From: Amoeboaphelidium protococcarum X5
Taxonomy: Eukaryota > Fungi > Aphelidiomycota
NCBI GenBank assembly: GCA_023515725.1
Contig: JALDTO010000179.1
Coordinates: forward strand, 516,053-580,052
Direction: 5' to 3'
Length of the DNA: 64,000 bases
The position numbers and the translations under genes were made by a program. Under the pieces are notes generated by a model that saw nothing but the letters and a program-made list of their open reading frames with translations, had not been told where the DNA came from and did no database searches. Shown here one piece after another: positions 51,881-64,000 of this stretch. Each line of letters starts with the position of its first letter. Positions within the stretch are counted from its first letter, which is position 1.

Positions 51881-53265
51881 TCATTCAAAGTGCTTTCTCT
51901 GTTGAAATTCCATAGTAGTCTGCTTGTGCAACTGATTCAAATAGTCTTCAATTGATATCGGTGCCTCGCTGGGACAATTGGCGATGGTCAACACGGGCAA
52001 CTTGCGCAAAGTTCTTCCGCTTAGACCGGTGGCGCTGATCGAGATATTCCACAATTAAATACTGCTTTCCACTGATTAACGAACCGGCTTATCATTGTAC
52101 TTGAGAAAGACTTGAATTTCGTACAAATCCATAATGGTTTGACCTCCCAACGAAATAATGCCAGTTCTTGCGAGCTCAATGACAGCAGAACGTAGAATCT
52201 GATATATTGCTTCATGACACGGCTTCCCGATATGCAGCTTTATGTCTGCACGGTCAATAAATGCCAAATCAATTGAATGAGATAAATTGGAGGTTGCCAT
52301 TATCAACACGTTTGGATAACTTTTGATACCATCGAGTTGAGTCAGAAGAGCATTGACCACGCGCAATGCATCAGATGGCTCACTCCCACTATTTCTTACC
52401 GCAGCCAGAGACTCGACTTCATCAATCAGCACGGTGACGAAAGCTTGTGGATCTGCCAAAGACTTTTTGATACATTCAAACATCTTCATCACCAGCTTTC
52501 CACTCTCACTAAACCACTTTGAGAATAGTGAGTGAGCATTGATCTCGATAAATTTGCCATAAGAATATCTACACAGAATAGTATCAAACTCTATCACTGA
52601 AAATATGTATGCACTGTAATACCTTTCACCAAATCTGATAGCTAATTTTTAAGCCAGCGCCTTGCACAAAGTAGTCTTACCACTGCCCGGTTCGCCATGT
52701 AGAAGGATAACGCGATTGTAAGAAATGATTTTCTCACTAACACTGCGGTCAGACAACTTAAGAGTAGCACTTATGTACTTCAGCAGCTTTTCAGGAGTTC
52801 CATCCTTGAATACCAGTGACTCCCAAAGTCCGTCGAATGCTTTACTCGGAACAATATCCTCGGTGAAAGTGGTGATTTGGTCTTGCGGATCGGCCGTTTC
52901 GTCCGCGCGAACGTCCAGCGCCGACTCCAGATTGAGCTCGTAGATGTGAATGTTGAAGCTGGACACTTTGGACAGATTAATGTAGTGGATCTCACACACA
53001 GAGTCATCATATAGCATTACAGAATGGACTACAGGAATTTTTACAAGAGACGTGATATTGGAAGGGCAAAGTATCAGCTTGTTCAGAGACTTGAGGACGC
53101 CACGCACTTGCATCTTTAACGCGTCCAGACTCGCAGTGGAATCTTCTTTTACACACACTTCAACTACAAATTTATCATGATCGTATTATTTTGATTATCA
53201 CTTTAATTCTTACCGTGGATAAAATACTACTATTCATCCTAAGAAAATGCTTCTTGAACAGTCAT
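51881..53265 (-). CDS. PCH2: Pachytene checkpoint AAA+ ATPase Pch2/TRIP13
   Basis: [69 protein letters not shown]. Introns 52569-52622 and 53164-53213. Confidence 0.95.
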
Positions 53266-53538
53266 TGCTTTGGATAGATCAATAGATGGAAGTTCCAAAG
53301 CAACTGATAAAATCGAATGCGACAGAATAGAAAAGAGAAGATGAAACAAAAATGTGAAACGAGTTATGCAATTTTAGATTTTAATTATCCGTTTCAGATG
53401 CCTTTCAATGTTATTCTGAATAATCGCGATAGAAACACGCGTGCAAAGAGTCATACAGTACTAATAAGTGCCATTTTTGTGATCACTTCCAAATATACAG
53501 TATTTCCACGTTCATCAGTGATATGATAAAACAATCGA

Positions 53539-54891
53539 TCACTGGCCACCATTAAACAAATTTTCCAAGTACTCCCAATCTCTCTAACATTGGGCGTTGA
53601 ACTCCTCCTCACCGTCACATTTAAAGACAGCCTCCGTGAAATCAATCAGATACAGCTTGCGTTGACCATCTCGCACAACATTTGGCAGCCTAACATCGCC
53701 ATGCGCAACCCCGAGTTGGTGCAATTGTACTAAAATCTCATAAACGGAGCTTTTAATATCACCTTCCAACTTTGACGTATCTTGTACAGTACCATCAGGA
53801 ATCGTCATACTCACAGGAGTCCCGACATTTTACATTAGAATAAAATCTGCCCCGCCACTGCCGCAGAAATAGCCATGGAAGGTTGGAATACACTCTCCTT
53901 GCAGCACTGCTAATAATTGGTACGCTTTCACCTCTTTCTTCAGTTTCTCAATTTGACCTTAATTACTCTCCTTCCAGCAGTCGACGATTTTCATCAATAA
54001 CTCCAAATTTCTACCAACGGTTACGATAGATCCAACGCTGGAGCGTGTAATACGCTCTCCAAACTATATATCATGAAACTTGATTTACTGCTATATATAT
54101 AGATTGTCCCCTGTAACTGCCAACGATTTCCTAGTCACGATAGGAGTGCTAAAAGGCGATGTCATGAAGAAATCAGTCTTAGCCATGTGAATGATGGCAC
54201 ACAACGCCTTCATTGCAGTAAAAGGCTATGATTACTGATAATGCACCACATCGCTAATCTCAAGCAGCTTTCTGTCTTAACCATTAGGCCCACCACGTCT
54301 CATAAAATAAAAACGTTCATATGTACACAATATCCCATATCTGAAATGATTAGCCGTCATATACCCATAAATCTACTAGACTGCATCCTTGACCTTCGAA
54401 ATATTAAGAATATTCAAATCGTACAACTGACCTTACACATCAAATGCCCAATCAGTTTTAACCTCAATAGGAAGAATGCATGTAGGTTCCAGAGAGGGAT
54501 CTTTTTGATAACTGACTACAAAATCAGGATCAAGAATCACATCCTGAGCTCCTTACTCAATCTCAACTTCATCTCCAACCGTTGTAAACAACTTTCCGAC
54601 AAGACTACAATAATACGACACCAAAACTCCATAGAGCGATTATTCATTTTTGATCCTAGGATTTCGCATTTCCAAAATAGCATTACAGTCAATATCCAGC
54701 TTATCCTGGATAAAATCATTAAACGGCACAATAATGTCTTAATCAAAGTACGTCCATCTTTGGCAAGTGTGATCATTTTCAATACAACGCGAATTCTTTG
54801 GAGTGGTTGTTTTATCAGAGCTTCCATCATCCCTATCGACACGCTTTCTAGGAGGAGCGGTATAATGCAATATCTCGGATACTTTGACCAT
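53539..54891 (-). CDS. PD-(D/E)xK endonuclease-fold + protein kinase fusion, copy 1
   Basis: DPDF...IEVK...QIYGYM..N..RYGILCTYE, then LMKIVD, EVKAY..L..LQG.CIP, HGDVRLPN, LIDF. Confidence 0.85.
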
Positions 54892-55326
54892 AAGATTTAT
54901 CAAACACAGCTTAAACACGTAACCTTTTGGAAAAGAAATTGAAATGTTTCAAATTGATAAAACATTGACCAATCGGAATCGCGATGAATATCGATGAATA
55001 AGTGATTCCGTATAATAAGTTCATCGCGAAAGTAACACAAATTAATCGCAGGGCTAGATAAGATCTTCGATATCTTTGAATGTTACTGAGAATATCAATG
55101 TGACTTTCTCTTTCTTCATCGTTAAGAGCTAAGGACTCACTTAATTCTGTAAAAGCAATAATAATGTGAATTGATTGTTTCATATGACTTTTCACAATGT
55201 TCTTTAGACTGAAAGACTGGCTTGCAAAAAGTCACAGTTCTCTAAGATTGTCACCATTAGGTGCCATTTTCGTAAGCAATTTAAATTAAATTTATTATTC
55301 CAGCAATAATGCAAATAACCAGTTGA

Positions 55327-56679
55327 TCAATAGTTTACATTGAATAAATTGGCCAAAAACTCCCAATCTCTCTTACATTCGGCGTTGAACTTCAACTCAT
55401 CGTCACATTTAAAGACAGCATCCGAGAAATCAATCATAGACAGTTAACCTTGATCATCACGCACAACATTGGGCAGTCTGACATCGCCATGCGCAACTCC
55501 ACGTCTGTGCAATTCTTGTAGAAAAATCGCCACCTAAAATATAACTTCTTCTTGGAACGGTGGCGTGGCTTATACAACATCATTCCATAGTTGTCTTCTT
55601 ATAGAAGTGCCCACATTCTTTATGACGATAAAGTCAACCCAGCCACTGCCGCAGAAATAGCCATGAAAGGTTGGAATACACGTTCCTTGTAAATCTGCCA
55701 ATAATTGGTAAGCTTTCACCTCTGTTTAAAGCTACTCAATCTGATCTTCATTCCTATGCGTGAGACGGTCCACTATTTTCATAAATAACTCAGAATCTTC
55801 TCCATACTTGACTATAGATCCAACACTAGAGCGAGCGACGCGTTGTCCAAAGCATATATCATGGAACTTGACCTATTATTTGACATATTATACTTCCTGA
55901 TTCAGGGAAAATGACTACCTCGTAACATGTGGAGTACCGAATGAAGACTACAAGAAATAATCAGTCTTAGCCATATGGATTATCGCGCACAACGCCTTTA
56001 ATGCAGTAAAAGGCTATGATTATTAATAATCAACCACATCGCTAATCTCAAGCATTCTCTTCTCCTAGCCATTAGACCCACCACGTCTCAAGAAATAAAA
56101 ACGTTCATAAGTGCACAGAATTCCATATCTAAAATGATTGACTGCCATGTATCCATATATTTACTATAGTGCATCGACAACTTTGGCCTCTTACAGATTA
56201 TGTTCATCGTACAATTCACCTTAGACGTTGAAATCCCAATCCGTTTTAACCTCAATAGGAAGAATATAAGTAAAATCCAGAGAGGGATCCTTCTAGTAAT
56301 TAACAACAAAATCAGGATCAAGTATCACATTCTGAGAGCCCATTTCAATGCGAATGTCATTTCCAAGTGCTTTAAATAATATCCTGATAAGAGAACAATA
56401 ATACGACACCAATATTCCATACAATGATTATTCACCGACTATTACGGGATTATCCGTTTCCAATGAGATTCTACAATCAAGATCCAATTTATCCTAAATA
56501 AAATCATTAAATGGCTCAATAATGTCTTCATCAAAATACGTCCATCTTTGGCAAATGTGATCATTATCAATAACAAGAGGATTCTTTGGCCTGGTTGGTT
56601 CTTCAGCGCTTCTGTAAAACTGATCAACATGCTTTCTGGGAGGAGCAATATAACGCAATATATCGGATACTTTAGCCAT
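55327..56679 (-). CDS. PD-(D/E)xK endonuclease-fold + protein kinase fusion, copy 2
   Basis: Tandem paralog of 53539-54891 with the same motifs and length (450 aa). Confidence 0.85.
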
Positions 56680-56971
56680 AGAAATGAGCTAGCACGATTA
56701 TAAAATGGTAGAGTAAACTTTTTAAGAGAAGACTAAGCAATCTGGATACTAATATTGTTTGATAATCTAACTTGGCCAATCAGGTACGCGGCTCCCGATG
56801 GATGCGTATGAGTTGCACAAGATTACAATTTTACCATGTCTTTTAGGCAAGAATATGCCTGATACACGCGAAATATAAAAGTCAGAGTACACCAAAAATG
56901 CGAATAATATGATGTAAGTGTTCACTTCTGTCGTCAAAAACATAATAGATTAAATTGAGATATAGATTGTT

Positions 56972-58960
56972 TCAGATGGCTTTAAAAATATTCCTGATTT
57001 GGGAGGACACGCCTGCGAATAGGCCAGAATTCTCCTTCAGCAGTAGCAACTTGGGTGGAATAACTAGCTATATCACTTCCAACCCAGAGTTTCCGTCTTG
57101 AACTGAATCCTCGCCACCCCTGGTCATCAACGACTCCATCCAACAAGATTTGAGCATTTTGAGAATACACTCGCTTCTTTTAAGAAGGTGAGAAGAGTCC
57201 AGAGGAAGATCTTGTCCTGATGAGTTGCCTGACTGGGAAACAAGCTACGCGAGCGCGCCAAATGATCCTGATCGCGTTAGAGAGAAACTCTTGCTGTTAG
57301 AATGCAACTGCTATACTTTCCCAGATGCTCCGGCCGGTGGAGTGTACTAGTCCGGATATGCAAGCACTGGTACTATGAGTTCATGAATACCATACTTGTT
57401 TGCAATTCCAAATAAGTTTCGAAGACCAGCTATGACGTTTGATTTAGAATTCAATTCAGCTTCCAATGTGAATTCATCGCAAATTAAATGGAATACCGTG
57501 GACACCTAAGGCAGATTAGAATGCTTCGTAACTAGAATGTCTCCTTCACAAAATTCAAGTTTTCCGCTAATGCGATCTGTAAACTCGTCCTCAATACTTC
57601 GAAGCTATACGTCCAAAGGATCAAATACATACTCGGTTTCATAATTACACGCCCTATGAAAGATATCGTTAAACTTGCCAGCCTTGAAACTTTCCCACTA
57701 TTGAATAGGTAGAATATTTACTAACGCGACAGCTTTATTCGTCAGCAAAGTGACAAGAGTTTATGCACGTAAAGCGTCGCGTTCTAGAGCAGACATTGGG
57801 TGGCGAACAAAATCAGAATACTTCTACACAGTAAGACGTACATTCTACGTATGCTAAATGTGAGTACCCAGTGTTATAGTAAAGCTCTCAGTCTGAGGCG
57901 GTTATTCATGCATCTGACTACTAACTTAACTGTCGGAGAGTCTATCAATCTATGATCTGGCCTTTTCGAACCATGATCCCAACTTTTTAAAATTCTATGC
58001 AGCCATTCCCTATCCTTAATTCAAAAGAGATTTATTACTTGATGGTGCCTAATTTTGCTCAACAATGACATACTCATCAGATGTTTTACCGGCAGTAGAA
58101 GAGTCGTCATCCACACGTACTGCACCGTCCAACAGAAGAGTAAGAGCTTGATTTACATCCCCTTTCGACAATACTAAAGCCTTCTTGGAAACTTTGGGAT
58201 CGAAACCCATATCTTGCAACTTTTAAACACTTCCCGCATCCACATGCTATTCAGTCTATTGTATAGAATTGCGTTTAGACACTGCCGGATCTTTTACTGA
58301 CACCTTGGTAGTATCTTGAATCAGACTACTAGAAACTTATCCGCCTTCCTTCAAACTATTCAAAAGCTTCATAAAAGTCTCCTTCTACTATCGGTGTAAA
58401 TCATCAAGTTCACTTTTAAGAGTAGCCTATAGAATCTCCTTGTCCTCTGCGAATCTCTACATGGCACTTGATGATTTTAAATCGGCGGCGGAGTATTATG
58501 CTCTAAACTCTTAAATCTACTTGGAATGCTGCGCAATCATCGAATCTATCCGCCTAGATGAATCTCCCATAAACTTCATTATACAGTCAAATGCGGCAGG
58601 ATCATTATATAACTCAGCTAAGCATGTCAAGACATTGGCACTTTCACTTGGCTAATAATACTTTCGATAGGATGTCTAAATCTTTTTCTACCACCACAAC
58701 TATATTAAGTCATAGTCTGGCTCTGTTGCGGCCTATTACTACTACTATTATTGATTAAAATCCAATAGCTTCTTCTCAGCAGCAGCAGTTAACAATTATA
58801 CCAATTCGGAATGCATAGAGCTGTTAAAGCAAGCAGGCTTAGAGATGATCAATCGCATGGCAGCCTGCTCTACAGTCTCGCATCCTTTCAAATGTATTGA
58901 CTACACATCGCCATTAATCTCCACATTCAATATCAACTCTCCCGGAGGTCGTTTCATCAT
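56972..58960 (-). CDS. DUF2362 / C12orf4 (FERRY3)-like protein with an internal UBA domain
   Basis: ESFTITLG, GDILVTKHSNL..VFHL, GLRNL, KRSECILK. UBA: KLQDMGFDPKVSKKALVLSKGDVNQAL. Confidence 0.8.
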
Positions 58961-59340
58961 TTCAATGTAAAAGGGGAAGTAAGTAACTAAGTGAGAGTAT
59001 AATATAATGGTAATCTTCACTTTAATAACTGGTAATACCTTCTTGATCAAGAAGAAGAAAATCTTGAAACTTATCGAGGAATGAAGAAACTGACAGCGTA
59101 CGCGTCTACGGTAGATCATTAATGACACAGGACGCTTGACATTGGTCGCCGCAATCGAGGGATATGACACTCATATACTCATACAGTTCATATATAATCA
59201 AGTAATATATCATTCCCAGTATTAGCGGGTTGCTATCCAACTCTTGGACTATACGGAGAACACTCACCAATCAACTTAATCCTTTTCCTTTATTATCAGA
59301 ATTTTATACATCAACACCGCGACTACATCATTTTTTTGCA

Positions 59341-60172
59341 ATGCCATAGTCTAAACGTGCGAGCTAAAAAGTTCAGCAAGTCAGAGAAGCTGTTGTATAA
59401 AATATTCTGGATGATATGCTTAGGCGAGAAATGATGGATGTGGTATTTGATGTTCACAGAGACTATAAGATCTCACACAGTTAGTGCAAAGACTGCAAAT
59501 CTACGTAGGTTATTTCTGACACTGGCTTGTTATAGTGGAATTGAGTGAATGATTTTGTATTATTATAATCAGATCTGTAGTTGTCTCTTGTAAAATTAGA
59601 ATTCTGATGGATACGATATTTTTGGGAATACCGAGCAGTCGGTGATGAATAGTATGAGCATGTCAGAGTGTCTATCCTGCAATAAGAACTTTCCATCACA
59701 GCGATTTGCACAGCATTTGGAAAAGTGTCTCGGATTCGTCAATGGACGCACGGCTAGGAGTAATGGCATACGCAAGTAACAACAGTCTCTATACGCTGAT
59801 GAGATTACATTATCCTAGAGTAGTCTGAATGATTCCAACAGGAGTAAGTATATCATAGAATTGGCGGCAGTCTATACAATATGCGATACTAAAATTAAAT
59901 ATGTAGAACGCAAGAATCCACCATAAGCTGGCGCAGTTTTGAATTCATAGCGGCTGTTGAAGTCTGATGATACTCCATAGACATACACCTAGCTTAAGGC
60001 ATCATATGAGAAAAACAAACGCCATCGATAAAGTCGAGAGATCAATTCTGATGGAAGTATTATCAATTTGGACACTGCCACATCCTACGCCAAGTAGTAG
60101 AATGTAAGTATGATATGAAGATTCATTTTTCATACTAAAGATATTGATAATTATGAGATTGTGTAGTCATGA
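59341..60172 (+). CDS. SGF11: SAGA deubiquitination-module subunit Sgf11
   Basis: DIFG...ECLSCNKNFPSQRFAQHLEKCLG zinc finger. Introns at about 59505-59580, 59844-59906 and 60104-60166; 3' end tentative. Confidence 0.8.
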
Positions 60173-60196
60173 TATTGATGCCATGTTAGAACATTG

Positions 60197-60732
60197 TCAT
60201 TCTTCACTCTTCGTGTCGATATCACCGCCATTATTACTTTAAGCGGAATCTTCTGATTTACGTCTCAGCTCCATCTTCTACATTCCAGTAGTTGCAGCTG
60301 CTGTTTTCGCAGCCATCTCCTTCTTGAACACGTCAGCCAGCAGCTTTCCACGTAATCCACTACCACCACCAACTTTAGAGTTTTTCTTCATCGCCTCCAA
60401 CTGCTTTGTAGTGGGAGATTAAATCTTATCACTGGGGGATGACCTACATGTTTACGGATTGAGCCATTTTCATTCACGATCTCTTTGGCATGGCAGGTAT
60501 CAAAAAATAAATCTTACATCACGGTGTGATTAATCTTCTTGGAAATAGGCTTTAATGGCCGTTGCTTCTATGCCGGGACAGATGCAGCTTTAGACTCTTT
60601 CTATGTACCATCTGCAGCAGCCAATGGACTGGTGGCATTTCTCAAAGCGTATCCGCCCTTCTTACAGTCCAAAAATGGCGATGAAGCTTGAGTCACAGAT
60701 TTTTCTGCAGTCTACTGCGGTAAATTTTCCAT
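60197..60732 (-). CDS. SPO12: Spo12-family mitotic-exit protein
   Basis: SSPSDKIQSPTTKQL motif after intron 60444-60517. Confidence 0.65.
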
Positions 60733-60816
60733 TGCGTTATTATCTGAAGGTAAGTGGAGGCTATAAATGTGCAAATAGTGAACAAGCTGAGAGTACTGCA
60801 GGTGATAAGTGACACG

Positions 60817-60876
60817 AACGGTTCAATATAGGAATGAATGAATGAACCGTTAAAGTTGAAACGGTGAAACGCGCGT
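60817..60876. promoter_or_regulatory. Cluster of AACGG (Myb/MSA-like) sites and a CGCG element in the SPO12/CAP-H2 divergent promoter
   Basis: AACGGTTCA (60817-60825), its perfect inverse TGAACCGTT (60843-60851), AACGGTG (60860) and ACGCGCGT (60869). Confidence 0.4.
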
Positions 60877-61008
60877 TCTGACTTTCTTCTTCTTCTTTCT
60901 GAAACGCCAAAGAGTATTTTATTGGCTTGAAACAACTCACCAACTTGACATATCCATTCAGCATTTTACTGGATATCTATCAGAGGGGACATTAGTCGAC
61001 CACATATA

Positions 61009-63347
61009 ATGGATAGTGTCAAGTATCTCTAGTTACTGAAGCCACTCAGGTAAATTGTCATGCATTCAGTTACTAAAATCTTCATCTTGACTGGTCATGT
61101 AGAGTCCTTGCGGATAATTGGGATATTGATCTGGCATAGGAGCTGACCGAGTATGTCGATGAAATGGACAAGATGACTTAGACTCTTTAATAATAAAATT
61201 CAGATGCAGATGGCGGAAATGGAGTCAACTTTGCGTAGGCTGCCTTATTGATTTAAAATAGTGCAAATATTTACTCAAAGAAAGTCTAGTATCTGTATTC
61301 CATGACTTAGGAGGCTCATGATTATATTTTCAATAGAGGCACTTCATCTGGTGATCGTAAAAAATAAGATGGCGGAGATGATGACGATAATGATGATAAT
61401 TCGGATGATGGTCAAGCACAGGATGGTGAAGGCAATAATAACGGCAAGCTGAAAGGTCGGCAGCGTAATGCTAACGGGATTTTCGACTCTTTTGATTGTT
61501 TGGATTCGGCCTTGTAGAAAAAGGACTTTAATGCGAATGAAGAGCCTATTTGTATGGACAGTTTTAAGTGTGAAAATGTACTCGTATTCTATGGATCCTC
61601 CAGTTCTAACTTAAAGTCTATTGGCGGCGCTGGTAGTGGTAATTTTGAGATTTTGACTGCAGACGGTGAATCGATTGGTTCGAAATCAGATTTTGAGATC
61701 AATTAAGCTTTCATAGCTGCCAATGGAATGTTCTTCTCTAAAGCTGTGCTCTCTCAAATTGATCATTCAGATGAGTATTCAGCTCGTCGCTCTAGCTTTG
61801 CTTTCAATGTTGCTGATCTCACTATTCCAGATATTGATGTGGCATAGATTGATGATAGAAACGTTAATAATAATGGTAATAATAATCAGCCTTACGATTT
61901 TGGATTCAGTGGAGAGCCGCAGAGTTCTAGTTAGTTGGCGCACATGCATGAATTTAATGGTGGATAATCTTTGTCTAAGGCTGGTGACTCTGTGCCTGAT
62001 TTATAGAATGACAACTCGAACAGTGAAATGTAGAATGATGATAGTGATGGCGATGATGACGAAGGTATTGAGAACATTGTTCATCCTCATTACTCCACGG
62101 TGGAAGATATATCTAATCCCAGGAAGAGTTCTTTAGATATCCGGAATTTGTAGAAATTAAAGACTCCACCAAAGAAATTAGTTACTAGGAAAGTGACAGT
62201 CGAAGCTACTCCTCCTAAGCGCGCTAAAAGATTATAAAATCATTTTACATTTTGGCAATTTATGGATCCTCATGAGGAAGACTAGACGTCAAAACCGTTC
62301 AAGAAGGGAGCTGTCAACAGGTAATTCAAGATTGTAGAGAAGGTGATCTCGGCCAATATGGAGCACAAACCGAAACTCAAGCCTCTGCCTGTATTCATAA
62401 AAGAAGTGCAATAAGCCAAAGTGAAGTCACGTATACCCAAGGATTTATTTCATAACATTGATCCTCAATTCGAGTATCTGTATGTGAAAGAAAAGGAGAG
62501 AAGAGACAAGATAATGAAGCCTAAACCAGAGAAACTGTATAAAGAAATTGAAGTGACTGAGGAGCAGGATGCTAGTGTGCTTGAGATGCCATCGTTTGAA
62601 AATTACCTTGACTAAGGCTCGATGGGCGGAGACGACGATAGTATGACTAATCTTAATGAAAATCATGGCCCTCCTGCGAACGATGTTGAAGATGATGATG
62701 AATTCGACACTGATGCTGATATTCTGTCTGCAGATCTTCATAATTCTCTGAATGGTGAGAGTAATAGGCAAAGTACTTACTCACAAGGCACAGATATGGA
62801 CATAGAGCCATCTAATTCCTCAGCTGGTTTCATAGTTGACCAAGTTGTAGTTGAGAAGCCAATCTAATCATTTGAAGATCTTTGCCGACTGAAAATTAAG
62901 AACTACATGCAATTAGCCAATGACTACGAGCGGAGGATAGAGTCTAATCTGTCCAAGAATGTAAAGTCATGGGAGAACAGATTGTAGCCTCTTTTGCATG
63001 AATAACACATTCGCGGTGTATTCGATGTGGATATTGTGCGTGAAAGTGTACTTGAAACTTTTTAAGACAAGGTGTAGGAGGAGAAGCGATTGGATTTCTC
63101 ACAGCTAGTCCAGAGATTGCCTGGATGGAATGTATCGCGATGGTTCATCTCCACACTGCATCTGGCGAATGAGGAGCGAATCGTTGTGACAAAGGACGAA
63201 GATTGTAAGATGGTATTGCTGAAACCAGAAGGTAATGTTAATGCTCTGGCTCACTCAAGGCTTATTTCTTAATCTTCTGCTAAACTGGCTAATGAATCGC
63301 AAGAAGACAGTCCTCAGTTGAAATCTAAATCCAAACGCAAGAGATGA
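61009..63347 (+). CDS. NCAPH2: Condensin II kleisin subunit CAP-H2
   Basis: LLKPLR|VLADNWDIDLAQELTEY, VNFAQAALLIQNSANIYSKKVQYLY, MDPHE, SFEDLCR, SRWFISTLHLANE. Intron 61050-61102. Confidence 0.9.
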
Positions 63348-63582
63348 TCGGAATTTTGACGAAACTTTTGATTTCCAAATAAAGTTTATGTTTAAATACG
63401 ACGATTAGATTATTTAAACTTGGTATCACTTTCATAGATTATGGTATAGCGTTAATGGCAAAGTCACACGTAACACGAGACGCGTGTATGCCAAAACGCC
63501 GTTAAAACATTCAAGGACGGGGCGGCGATCAACAACTTTCTCTTTCCGCAGCGCGTTTGAAACGATTTAGAAATTCAAAATT

Positions 63583-64000
63583 ATGGATGAGCAGAGGTCT
63601 CCAAGTTAGCAGTCATAGAGCTAGTAGAGCTCTAATATCAAAGTAGTTTGTAGGTAAGAGTTTAAATTATTTACCCAATCTGCAATATTTCGACTTTTAT
63701 TTTTGTAGATTTCGGCCTCAGAATCAGCTGGAAAAGAGTTAGGATGGCCAAGAGATAATGGAAGTTAGTGGTGACTGTACATCCGTCAAGATTATTGGCA
63801 ATGAATTTTCTGGTAACTTTACTTTTGACCACGTATTTGATGGTAGCTCTGAGTAGAGGCAAGTCTTTGAGCTTTGTGGTCTCCCGCTTATTGATTAATG
63901 TTTCGATGGTTTCAATTCTACACTGTTCTGTTATGGTTAGACGTCCAGTGGTAAATCGTATACAATGATGGGCAGTGATATTGATGATGAATCTCGTAAA
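63583..64000 (+). CDS. Kinesin motor (kinesin-1-like), 5' part only
   Basis: NIKVVCR|FRPQN, FTFDHVF, GFNSTLFCYGQTSSGKSYTMMG. Intron 63654-63708; runs off the window. Confidence 0.92.

Noticed and set aside
54241-54942. 233-aa plus-strand ORF
   Set aside because: Antisense shadow of the endonuclease-kinase gene.
1-64000. Mass pseudogenisation suggested by the fragmented ORF track
   Set aside because: The interruptions are almost all TAA/TAG at Gln-compatible positions in essential genes; this is a code difference, not decay.

Overview
Gene-dense eukaryotic DNA from a fungus-related lineage, written in a non-standard nuclear code: TAA and TAG encode Gln and TGA is the only stop. This is why the supplied ORF track is fragmented. 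Fungal/opisthokont-type genes, short (about 50-77 nt) GT-AG introns and this code fit the aphelid Amoeboaphelidium protococcarum, an algal parasitoid; that identification is an inference. Bases 1-17,600 are an accessory, mobile zone. It holds a decayed Ulp1-protease tail, a frameshifted Crypton-F-type tyrosine recombinase fused to GCR1_C and an HMG box, an apparently intact divergent KDZ (Kyakuja-Dileera-Zisupton) transposase fused to an Ulp1-like protease, and a tandem pair of coiled-coil proteins with an RxxxxH motif intact in one copy and lost in the other. Bases 17,700-64,000 carry housekeeping genes (Chk2-like kinase, SPT8, DHR1, TIP41, CAMKK, SLC35A, TOM40, PRP31, MVD1, SEC16, PCH2, SGF11, SPO12, condensin II CAP-H2, kinesin). 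Interleaved with them are candidate host-attack or surface genes: a receptor-like kinase broken by a 7-bp duplication, a CAP protein, a secreted leukocidin/Vibrio-cytolysin-like beta-pore-forming protein, and tandem restriction-endonuclease-kinase fusions. All translations were done by hand under TAA/TAG=Gln, and family calls come from motif recognition, not database searches.
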